Translations under genes and position numbers: made by a program
NCBI GenBank assembly: GCA_030599585.1
Contig: JAUVNS010000020.1
Location: 1-64,000 of the forward strand
DNA: 64,000 nucleotides
DNA from: Promethearchaeota archaeon
Lineage (GTDB): Archaea > Asgardarchaeota > Lokiarchaeia > Sigyniarchaeales > SOKP01
Reading direction: 5' to 3'
Shown here: one piece after another, positions 1 to 8,259 of the stretch
Position numbering within the stretch: position 1 is the stretch's first letter
Layout: each line of letters begins with the position of its first letter
The notes under the pieces: model-generated
The model's input: only the letters and a program-made list of their open reading frames with translations
What the model was told of the DNA's origin: nothing
The model's database searches: none

Positions 1-372
1 AACCAGATCACGGAAGAGTTAAGCGTGTGTACCAGGTGTTACGCGTGTCGAGAAGCTTGTCCTATGTGCTACTGTAACCTTTGTTTTGTTGATCAAAATA
101 AACCGGTTTGGTTCGGGAAGACAACTGATTTACCGGATGTATTCGTCTATCACTTGATCCGGGCAATGCACATGGCGGGAAGATGCGTTGCGTGCGGTGC
201 GTGCTCACTTGTTTGCCCCATGGGCATTGATTTAAATAAAATTAATAGAAAATTAGAAAAAATCGTTAAAGAACGATTTGATTTCACTTCAGGGCTCGAT
301 CCAGACGTGCTACCACCTATGGTAGATTTCAAGATGGATGACGCCCAAGAATTTATGTTAGAAGAGGATTAA
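1..372 (+). CDS. 5'-truncated 2x[4Fe-4S] protein of an Hdr/Flx (Mvh/Asr-like) cluster, FlxD/FdhB-like C-terminus
   Basis: Frame is open from base 1 (NQITEELSV...). Motifs CTRCYACREACPMCYC and HMAGRCVACGACSLVCP. Lies directly upstream of AsrA/AsrB-like genes. Confidence 0.75.
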   Translation, partial: NQITEELSVCTRCYACREACPMCYCNLCFVDQNKPVWFGKTTDLPDVFVYHLIRAMHMAGRCVACGACSLVCPMGIDLNKINRKLEKIVKERFDFTSGLDPDVLPPMVDFKMDDAQEFMLEED

Positions 373-388
373 GATAAGTGTTTAAGAT

Positions 389-1447
389 ATGGCCGAAAAA
401 ATATTGAAAAAAGATGACATTAGTAAGCTCTATAGCGAGCTAGAAAAAGACTACAAATTTTACGCTCCTACTAAAGTAAAAGGTAATATTGCTTTCAAGC
501 AGATTTCGAATGCTGAAGAAATCGAATTAGACTACTTGAATTCAAAGGTTCCTCCGAAAGAAGTATTATTTCCACAAAAAGAAACTATTTTTGAGTATAG
601 ATACGAAGGGAAAGAAGTAATTATAGAAGAGAGAAAAGATCTCGAGGATAAAATACTAATTTTTGGAGTTAGACCTTGCGATGCGTATAGTTTTAAGCTT
701 TTAGAAGATTTCTTTGCGTCTGGCGACTTTCAAGACGATGTATTTCTAAAAAAACAAGAAAACGCAACAATTATCGGTATTGGTTGTAGTAGTCCCAGAC
801 AATCCTGTTTTTGTACATCTGTAGGAGGACATCCCTTTCAAAAAGAAAGCACCGATGTGTTCTTATCAGATTTAGGAGATAAATTCTTAGTTGAAGGTAT
901 CAGTGATAAAGGAAAAAACCTTGTTAAAAAATTAACTTGGCTTTCTGACGCTAAAAAAGCAGATGTTGATAAAGCAAAGGATTTAGCAAAGCAAGCAGAA
1001 GAATTGATTACAACTAAGTTTAATTTTGATTTAGTAACAAAAGTATTGGACGAAAACTTCGAACATCCAGTCTGGCAAGAAATTAGCGAAAGTTGCATCG
1101 GGTGTAGTTCTTGTACTTTTCTGTGCCCTACTTGTACCTGTTTTGATGTTATCGACGAAAACGACGAATATAATAACCGAGGTAGACGAATTAGGATTTG
1201 GGACACCTGTCAATCGTGTCTTTATACGCTTGAAACGAGCGGTCATAACCCTCGCCCAGCTAAGATACAAAGGTGTAGAAATCGAATAATGCACAAGTTT
1301 AGTTATTATCCCTCGAACTACGATTGTTTAGGGTGTGTGGGGTGCGGAAGATGCATTACTGCTTGTCCCGTTAATAACGAGCTCAGACTAATAATTGATA
1401 AAATACTGGAAATTGAAGAAAAAAGTGGTGAGAAAGTAAGTGCCTAA
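389..1447 (+). CDS. AsrA/sulfhydrogenase beta-like (FlxB-type) 4Fe-4S protein
   Basis: Motifs GVRPCD, CFCTSVG, CIGCSSCTFLCPTCTCF, R-x-WDTC, HKF and CVGCGRCITACP. Confidence 0.85.
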   Translation: MAEKILKKDDISKLYSELEKDYKFYAPTKVKGNIAFKQISNAEEIELDYLNSKVPPKEVLFPQKETIFEYRYEGKEVIIEERKDLEDKILIFGVRPCDAYSFKLLEDFFASGDFQDDVFLKKQENATIIGIGCSSPRQSCFCTSVGGHPFQKESTDVFLSDLGDKFLVEGISDKGKNLVKKLTWLSDAKKADVDKAKDLAKQAEELITTKFNFDLVTKVLDENFEHPVWQEISESCIGCSSCTFLCPTCTCFDVIDENDEYNNRGRRIRIWDTCQSCLYTLETSGHNPRPAKIQRCRNRIMHKFSYYPSNYDCLGCVGCGRCITACPVNNELRLIIDKILEIEEKSGEKVSA

Positions 1448-2279
1448 TCCATACATCCCTATACTAACAAAAATTAAATCGATGGTCTCAGAAAACGAAG
1501 TTAACGATATTAAAACCTTCGAACTTGAATTCAATAATAATGAAGATTACAAAGCTTTTGATTATATTCCAGGACAATTTGCCGAAATCAGTATTATCGG
1601 AAAGGGGGAATGCCCAATAGGTATAGCCTCTTCTCCAACTGAAGAAGGAACGATTAAATTCACGATTAAAAAAATGGGAACCGTTACCTCAGCATTTCAT
1701 AATTGTGAGATTGGAGACACTATTGGGATTAGAGGCCCTTTAGGAAACGGTTGGCCAATGGAAGAACTAAAAGGAAAGAATATCGTCGTAATTGGCGGTG
1801 GATTTGCATTCTCAACTTTACGATCATTGATTTTGTATGTCTTAGATGACAAATATAGAAAAGATTATGGGAAAATTACTGTTATATATGGAAATCGTAA
1901 TTCAGGAGAACTTCTCTATCGAGATGTTCTTGATGAATGGGAAAAACGAGACGATATTGATATAGTTTTGACAATTGATAGCGAAGAGGAAAGCTGGACT
2001 CGAAAAGTAGGCTATGTTGCTGCAGTTGTTAAAGAAGTCGCTCCATCTTCAGAAAATGCAGTTGCAGTTGTCTGTGGTCCGCCTATTATGATTAAAACAG
2101 CTCAAAGCGAGCTTGAAAAATTGAATTGGAAGGATGAACAGATTCTTAATTCTTTAGAAATGCGAATGAAATGCGGAATCGGGAAATGCGGAAGATGCAA
2201 TATCGGTGATAAATTTGTGTGCATAGATGGACCTGTCTTCTCTTTAGCAGAATTAAAGAATATGCCAAAAGAGCATTAA
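1440..2279 (+). CDS. AsrB/sulfhydrogenase gamma-like (FlxA-type) FAD/NAD(P)-binding oxidoreductase with [2Fe-2S]
   Basis: Motifs PGQF, RGPLGNGW, GGG, CGPPIM and MKCGIGKCGRC...CIDGPVF. Confidence 0.88.
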   Translation: MPNPYIPILTKIKSMVSENEVNDIKTFELEFNNNEDYKAFDYIPGQFAEISIIGKGECPIGIASSPTEEGTIKFTIKKMGTVTSAFHNCEIGDTIGIRGPLGNGWPMEELKGKNIVVIGGGFAFSTLRSLILYVLDDKYRKDYGKITVIYGNRNSGELLYRDVLDEWEKRDDIDIVLTIDSEEESWTRKVGYVAAVVKEVAPSSENAVAVVCGPPIMIKTAQSELEKLNWKDEQILNSLEMRMKCGIGKCGRCNIGDKFVCIDGPVFSLAELKNMPKEH

Positions 2280-2305
2280 CATCTTTATATAAACATAACC
2301 ATCGA

Positions 2306-3601
2306 TTAAAGGCTTTTTTTTACTTCTTTTTTAAATGTATAAGTTTCAGCTAAATGCGGTATTAAGTAATACACTACCAGTAGATAGAGAGGAATTAGCG
2401 ATAATTCAACAAATATTGAAATAATGAAGGGATAGTTTGGACCGTAAAAATCCCAAACAACGCCTCCTAAAATTGGACCTATGACGCTTCCTAAAAACTG
2501 AAAAAACTCACCAGACCCTAACATTTTTCCACGATTCTTTAACGATATTCTACTTAACAAGTTTTGAAAAATCAGTCCAGAAGCAATCATTATAGTCATA
2601 TCTATCAATAGAAGCAATGAAAAAACCCAAATATTTGCCGAATTTATTAAAAACCATGTGACCAGTGCTCCAAGTGTACTTGTAACTGTTATACCTATAG
2701 CAGGGCGAAATTTATCTACAAGTTTTCCCAATTTTGGAGCTAAAAGCGTTGCGACAATTCCCGCAGGTAAATATGCCCAAGTAACTAATTGGATGTTACT
2801 TTCTATAGTTTCAATCACATAAATATTTAAAAAAGGTTTTGCAATTGAACCGTTAATATTACTTAGAAATAAAACGGACATCAAGAAAAATGATCCTAAT
2901 ATTAAAGGTCCAGCGAGTTTGGCGCGTTTTTCCTTATTTTTTTTAATAAGCGGATTAGTCAAGTTATCTGAGGGGTCATTAAATTTAATTGATTCATCCA
3001 CCTCTCGATTGAATTTAAAACCCGCATAAAAGTTAGCAATTCCAAAAATTGGAATACTAGCGTATAAAAGAAAGGGATTACTAGTGAAAAACTCAAGTAT
3101 CATTAGAAGAATAAAACCTATAACACCTCCAATCATTTGGCCTATGGCATTAGAAGAATTTCGCTTTCCATAGGCTTCAGAACGGTTGTCTTTATTTGAT
3201 TTTTCTGCTATTAGGGTATTAAATGGAACCCAAAAAACGCCCGCCATAAAACCTAGAGCAAATGTCCCTATTCCTAACAGTATTATTGAATTTAAAATTA
3301 TCGCGGTATAGATTATGAAATAAGAGGTCCCTCTACCAATCGATCCTATTAACACGAGTTTCTTCCTTGATTTCATCCGATCAGTTAGAAACCCTGTAAT
3401 TGTACCGCTAATAGTTCGACCTAATACTTGAAAAGAAACAATCAGACTTATTTGTATAGCAGTTGCGGACATATTATATCTAGCAATAATTGGGACTAAA
3501 AAACCTATAAAAAAGAAGCCTAAGCTATTTAGAATAACGATTTTTAACATATGATTAAAATCTGGTGTGAAACGATTCGAATCAATTTCTTTGTTTAACA
3601 T
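2306..3601 (-). CDS. MFS transporter
   Basis: About 12 hydrophobic segments. Motif-A-like GFLTDRMKSRK and GKLVDKF. Confidence 0.85.
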   Translation of the reverse strand: MLNKEIDSNRFTPDFNHMLKIVILNSLGFFFIGFLVPIIARYNMSATAIQISLIVSFQVLGRTISGTITGFLTDRMKSRKKLVLIGSIGRGTSYFIIYTAIILNSIILLGIGTFALGFMAGVFWVPFNTLIAEKSNKDNRSEAYGKRNSSNAIGQMIGGVIGFILLMILEFFTSNPFLLYASIPIFGIANFYAGFKFNREVDESIKFNDPSDNLTNPLIKKNKEKRAKLAGPLILGSFFLMSVLFLSNINGSIAKPFLNIYVIETIESNIQLVTWAYLPAGIVATLLAPKLGKLVDKFRPAIGITVTSTLGALVTWFLINSANIWVFSLLLLIDMTIMIASGLIFQNLLSRISLKNRGKMLGSGEFFQFLGSVIGPILGGVVWDFYGPNYPFIISIFVELSLIPLYLLVVYYLIPHLAETYTFKKEVKKSL

Positions 3602-3728
3602 GGATCTTTGAAAAGTGTGTATTCTTGCATTCTGAAATAATTTATCTAATTTATTTTTTAAGGTTTCTTCAAATGCATTAAAAAAGAATGAGTAGGCAAC
3701 AAAAATAGGGATTTTTCAATATTATTGG

Positions 3729-4703
3729 TTAGATGTCGAAAATATTACCGGAGCTGTATATTGTATCATCTAATTCTAAAAGGATTTGCCCACCGGATGC
3801 GATTTTGATAGCGTAATTAATACCCTCTAATACTCTTTTCATCATAAATCCATATGCTCGAAATAAATCTTCGAGTTGAGCCTGATTACTACCAGAATAA
3901 GCGTTTGATATTGCGGGGATTAATACTGGAATAAAATCTTGGTTTAGCATAAATTCTTCGGCATCAATCATGACTTCTTTTCCTTCAGAAAACGGATCAA
4001 ACACATCAATCTGTGCGAACATTACTTTACATACGAAAATTGAAGCTTTAATCTCTCTCATTATGAATTTTATTCGATTATTATCATCTAAATATTTCTT
4101 AAAAGTTATTGCATTAATTATATCCTCGTTAGTTACGATGTCCTTAAGGTCTATTAGATTTCTAACTCTGTTTGAAACTCTTTTAGAGGAAAGCATTAGT
4201 TTAAGATTCATCTTATTTTTATGAGTATAGTCCTTATAGAAAGAAGAGATAAACATGTGAGGTGCTAAATCTTCTTGCTCTTCCGGTATATTTAATTTAA
4301 AATCGTTATCTTTAAAATTTTCCATAAAATACTTGATGAACAGAAATTTTAACTTTAATCTATGTAAAGCTAAATAAAGACAAACGCGTGTTTTCGTATA
4401 AGCCACAACTTTTCCCATTCTAAAGCGATCGTGATGATCTCTTGCATACATTACTATGGGTTTGAGTTTTTGAACAACACCATCTATAAAATATCTAATG
4501 ATATTTTCAAGAGGTTGACAATCTAAAATTCGGAAAGTTTCAATGACTTTTTGACTTGAAGGTTGACTTCTTGGTATTTCTTTAATATGATCATAATTAT
4601 AGTATTCTAAGAACAAGGAAGTTAATGCCTCCATCTCCAAAACCGTTCTGCAAGGTATAAAAACTTTGTTAAGATCGTTTAAAATAATACTACTTTCAGG
4701 CAT
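3729..4703 (-). CDS. Hypothetical protein immediately downstream of actin
   Basis: 324-aa ORF with GTGAT SD 6 nt before the ATG. No recognisable motif. Confidence 0.7.
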   Translation of the reverse strand: MPESSIILNDLNKVFIPCRTVLEMEALTSLFLEYYNYDHIKEIPRSQPSSQKVIETFRILDCQPLENIIRYFIDGVVQKLKPIVMYARDHHDRFRMGKVVAYTKTRVCLYLALHRLKLKFLFIKYFMENFKDNDFKLNIPEEQEDLAPHMFISSFYKDYTHKNKMNLKLMLSSKRVSNRVRNLIDLKDIVTNEDIINAITFKKYLDDNNRIKFIMREIKASIFVCKVMFAQIDVFDPFSEGKEVMIDAEEFMLNQDFIPVLIPAISNAYSGSNQAQLEDLFRAYGFMMKRVLEGINYAIKIASGGQILLELDDTIYSSGNIFDI

Positions 4704-4842
4704 ATTATTATCACTTCATTGTTGTTGCTGGAAAATCCTTTGGACCAAACCCTAAAATATCCTTAGAGATATTTTAAATTCAATAACTAAATCAAATTTA
4801 TGATTATATTTTATTTAAAAGTTATTGTTTAAAACGAGTAGT

Positions 4843-4902
4843 AAAAATTAAAAAAATAAAAATAAAAAAATTCAAAAAATTTAGGAATTTGCCCTAAAGG
4901 GC
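4843..4902 (-). terminator. Probable terminator of the actin gene (short GC hairpin plus oligo-T tracts)
   Basis: GCCCT-TT-AGGGC hairpin (4891-4902) directly after the stop codon, followed by several T5-T7 runs on the minus strand. Confidence 0.5.
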
Positions 4903-6048
4903 TTAGAAGCATCTGTGAATGACTTGTGGTCCCATTTCTTTATATTCCCTTCTAGTTACCCACATTCTGTGGAAGGTTTTCAAGGAACTTAAGATTGAAC
5001 CACCAATCCATACGGAATACATACGCTCTGGAGGTGCTATAATCTTTACATCAACTGATTCTGGAATCTGTTCTTTAATTTCTTTTGTTAATCTTTCCTT
5101 GATTCCAGGGAACATTGTTGAGCCACCAGAAAGCACAATATTGCCATAGAGGTCTCTACGAAGGTCGACATCACATTCAGAAATAGCACCGACAATTACA
5201 TCATCGAGAGGTTCTAATTCTTTCCCGATTACTGATGGATTGAAGAAGCATTCAGGTGCTAAAAATCGTTCGACACCTACATTAATAGTTTCTCCGTCAG
5301 GAAGCATGTAGCTTTTTTCCATTCCAGCAACTTTCTTTGAAAGCATCATCTCTTTCTCTGGATCAATTGCTACATAGCAGAGTTTTTCTTTTATATCTCT
5401 AACAATTTCTTTCTCTGCAGATGTTGTAAATGAGTATCCTTTTTGTCGGAGTAATCTTTGTAGGTACGTTGTGATATCACGGCCAGCAAGATCGATTCTT
5501 TGGATTGCATGACTTAGAGCAAAGCCTTCGAAAATAGGTACTACGTGAGAAACTCCATCCCCAATATCTATGACGCATCCGGTCGTTCGACCTGAAGCGT
5601 ATAATGATAAAACTGCCTGCATTGCTACATAAAGGGCTGGAACATTAAAGGTTTCAAACATAATCTCAGCCATTTTTTCTCGGTTTGGTCTAGGGTTTAA
5701 TGGAGCCTCAGTTAATAGAACTGGGTGTTCGCTAGGATCGATTCTCAAGTCAGTATAAAAAGTGTAATGCCAAATCTTTTCCATTGCGGTCCAATCTTCG
5801 ATAATACCATGTTCTACTGGAAACATTAGCTTCAGAACACCTTTCAATTGCATTGCTTCTTCTCCAATATAGTATTCACGAGTGTAATGCTCTACATCAG
5901 TCATTATCGATTCATATTTAGGATAGCCAATAAGAGTTGGAAATACAGAACGAGGTTGGTCTTCACCAGCGAAGCCATTCTTGGAAATTCCTGTCCCATT
6001 ATCGACTACTAAGGCTTTCGCGTTTAAAAAACTGTCTTCTTCTGCCAT
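4903..6048 (-). CDS. Actin (Lokiactin, eukaryote-like)
   Basis: Motifs LVVDNGTG...[92 protein letters not shown] and C-terminal IHRCF. Confidence 0.98.
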   Translation of the reverse strand: MAEEDSFLNAKALVVDNGTGISKNGFAGEDQPRSVFPTLIGYPKYESIMTDVEHYTREYYIGEEAMQLKGVLKLMFPVEHGIIEDWTAMEKIWHYTFYTDLRIDPSEHPVLLTEAPLNPRPNREKMAEIMFETFNVPALYVAMQAVLSLYASGRTTGCVIDIGDGVSHVVPIFEGFALSHAIQRIDLAGRDITTYLQRLLRQKGYSFTTSAEKEIVRDIKEKLCYVAIDPEKEMMLSKKVAGMEKSYMLPDGETINVGVERFLAPECFFNPSVIGKELEPLDDVIVGAISECDVDLRRDLYGNIVLSGGSTMFPGIKERLTKEIKEQIPESVDVKIIAPPERMYSVWIGGSILSSLKTFHRMWVTRREYKEMGPQVIHRCF

Positions 6049-6431
6049 AATATTCAGCTTGTTTATCTTTTTTATTAAAACGGTTTTTAAATTTTTTAAT
6101 ATTTGTCCATATTATTTTTTTTTATAGGTATAATAATATCGATAAATTATAACAAATTCAAATTTAATAATTTAATAAATTTCGTCTATATAAATTTTTT
6201 TTATTACAAAAAAAATGAGATGTCTTAGAGTGTTTCTTTCGACTAATTAATTTTTTATCTATAAGATCGAAGTAAATAAATGCCCATATTGATTTCTTTT
6301 TTATTTTTTTACATTAATTTGTGTAAACAAAATATTTACTTTTGAGACCTCAAAAAACCATTTGTGTATACAGAATATCTTAATTAAAGGGAATAATGGA
6401 TAACCACGAATTTTTAGAATGATTCCAATCA

Positions 6432-6995
6432 TCAAGGATTCTTAGATAGGTAATCATCTATCCAAAGTTCCATCAAAACTTCATCGTAGTAATTCGTATC
6501 TATGTAAAATTGCTTTTTCCTTATCCCAGCCGTTTTAAACCCAATTTTCTTGTATAGATAGAGAGCTCTTTCATTATCTAGAAAAGTGCTTAGAACGATT
6601 TTTTCTTTATTTAATCTTTTTGATTCACGGATAGCTATATCGATTAAATTAAAGCCTATGCCTAAGTCCCTGAATTTTTTCTGAACAATTATGCCTAGGC
6701 TACCAACATGAGTAGCCGCATCCCATTCGAGATTCGAAATCTCACATTGGCCTAAAATATTGTATGGACTTGCCATAGTTGGATGAATTGCTACGATACA
6801 TATTTCTCTTTCTTTTTGAATGTTATGAAACCATGATTGTTTTTCGAATTTAGATCTAACAGGAAATAACACCGGAAGATAGATTTTTTCATCAACGACT
6901 TCATTAAAATTGTTCCAAACGCCATCAATATCGGATTCAATGACGTGTCTGATGAGAATTTTTTCTCCGTTCCTTAGCTTGACAACTTCTTTCAT
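6432..6995 (-). CDS. GNAT-family N-acetyltransferase (RimJ/RimL/YhhY-like)
   Basis: Acetyl-CoA motif FRDLGIG, NERALYLYKKIGF, C-terminal YYDEVLMEL. Confidence 0.88.
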   Translation of the reverse strand: MKEVVKLRNGEKILIRHVIESDIDGVWNNFNEVVDEKIYLPVLFPVRSKFEKQSWFHNIQKEREICIVAIHPTMASPYNILGQCEISNLEWDAATHVGSLGIIVQKKFRDLGIGFNLIDIAIRESKRLNKEKIVLSTFLDNERALYLYKKIGFKTAGIRKKQFYIDTNYYDEVLMELWIDDYLSKNP

Positions 6996-7040
6996 TAATT
7001 AAATATAAATTTTTATAATTAAATTCCTTATCGTATTATT

Positions 7041-7502
7041 ATGGAAAATAAAAACGAACGCGATAAGGTGAAAAAAGATTCAGATGATAAAGAAAAAATT
7101 CGGGGTTACATCGAACTAATGGCTCAGTCTAAGAAAACTCCAGTTGCAAAAGACCTCGTCCAATTAAAGCATGTCGAAGTAAAGAAACAAGAAATAAGTC
7201 CTGCAACTCAAAACTTAGCAAACGCCCTTAAAGAACGATATATAGAACACGATCAGTTTGAACGCCTTACAAATGATGAACTTACGGTGCTTGAATCTTT
7301 TACTAGTAAAAGAATGTTCTTAACGCGAATCGCGATTATCGCTAATCAGAGTAGACTTCCTTTAGGTATCGAACCATTCAATAAAGCAGATTTGGAAAAA
7401 ATTTTAAATACTTTAATATCGAAAGATTATTTAGAAGTTGAACCGGTTGGGGGGAAAAACGTATACATTTTAACGGAGAGAGGGAAATATAGGCTTCAAT
7501 AG
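7041..7502 (+). CDS. Hypothetical protein with C-terminal winged-helix domain
   Basis: LEKILNTLISKDYLEV...YILTERGK is a typical wHTH recognition helix plus wing. Confidence 0.65.
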   Translation: MENKNERDKVKKDSDDKEKIRGYIELMAQSKKTPVAKDLVQLKHVEVKKQEISPATQNLANALKERYIEHDQFERLTNDELTVLESFTSKRMFLTRIAIIANQSRLPLGIEPFNKADLEKILNTLISKDYLEVEPVGGKNVYILTERGKYRLQ

Positions 7503-7512
7503 AACGTAACCC

Positions 7513-7815
7513 TTAATCTTTCTTAAGAATCAACTTATTAATAGAAATATCTTGGTATTCTCCACTTGGATATTTCCGCCTTATAGTTAAAGGTAAGATT
7601 TTTGCTTTTAATTCTAATAGAGCGATTTTAATTGGATCGATGACATTTTTGGGCTTGTGTATTAGGATGGGAGCTCCGAACGAGATTTGTAAAGCCCTAG
7701 CGCCAGTAATTCGCGCTTTTTCATATCTTGTAAGAAAGATTGAACCAACCTTAATCGTTTTTCGAACTTCTTTATATAACTTCCTCAATTCACGAGATTC
7801 TAAAAAAGAAGACAT
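7513..7815 (-). CDS. rpo6: DNA-directed RNA polymerase subunit K (Rpo6/RPB6)
   Basis: LTRYEKARITGARALQISFGAP...DPIKIALLEL...LPLTIRR signature. Confidence 0.96.
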   Translation of the reverse strand: MSSFLESRELRKLYKEVRKTIKVGSIFLTRYEKARITGARALQISFGAPILIHKPKNVIDPIKIALLELKAKILPLTIRRKYPSGEYQDISINKLILKKD

Positions 7816-7924
7816 AGTATTAACCTAAGAATTAGTAACTGTCTTTTCAAATGTATTTTAAAATAAAACTTTTATGGTTTTCTTCCGATATCAATTAGAA
7901 CGATTGTTTTTACGTGGTTAGAGA

Positions 7925-8093
7925 TGGTGCGCAAGGGGGGAATTTTTCAGTCTAAAAGAATTTTTCAGACTTTTGAACCCCCGACCGTCGAGATTAACGC
8001 CATGAATTAGCGAAAATTTACACGGTGTGAGCGTTTAACGCTTTCCAAAATATAGCTTTAGAAAGTGTCGTTATACGTCTAAACCACTCGCGC
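7925..8093 (-). tRNA. tRNA-Val(CAC) with three non-canonical introns (approx. 28/29, 44/45, 59/60) and encoded CCA
   Basis: Acceptor stem GCGCGAG/CTTGCGC plus A-CCA. Removing 8035-8066, 7987-8018 and 7942-7971 gives anticodon arm ACACG-CT-CAC-AC-CGTGT, variable loop AGGTC and T arm GGGGG-TTCAAAT-CCCCC (75 nt). Confidence 0.8.
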
Positions 8094-8259
8094 AACCTAT
8101 TGTGAATAAATATTATAGATTAATTATTAAAAAGGTATTAATATAATTTAAGAGATTCTATAGACTCTGTAACTTTAATAAATTTCTAAGCTATATCTCT
8201 TTGAAAGAGTTTCGTTATGATATTTACTGGTGATTTGAGTATCAAATAAGGAAGACTTT

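Noticed and set aside
7925-8093. Reading this locus as tRNA-Gly or as a pseudogene
   Set aside because: The GCG start suggests Gly, but only the Val(CAC) splice solution gives a perfect 5-bp anticodon stem with BHB-like junctions.
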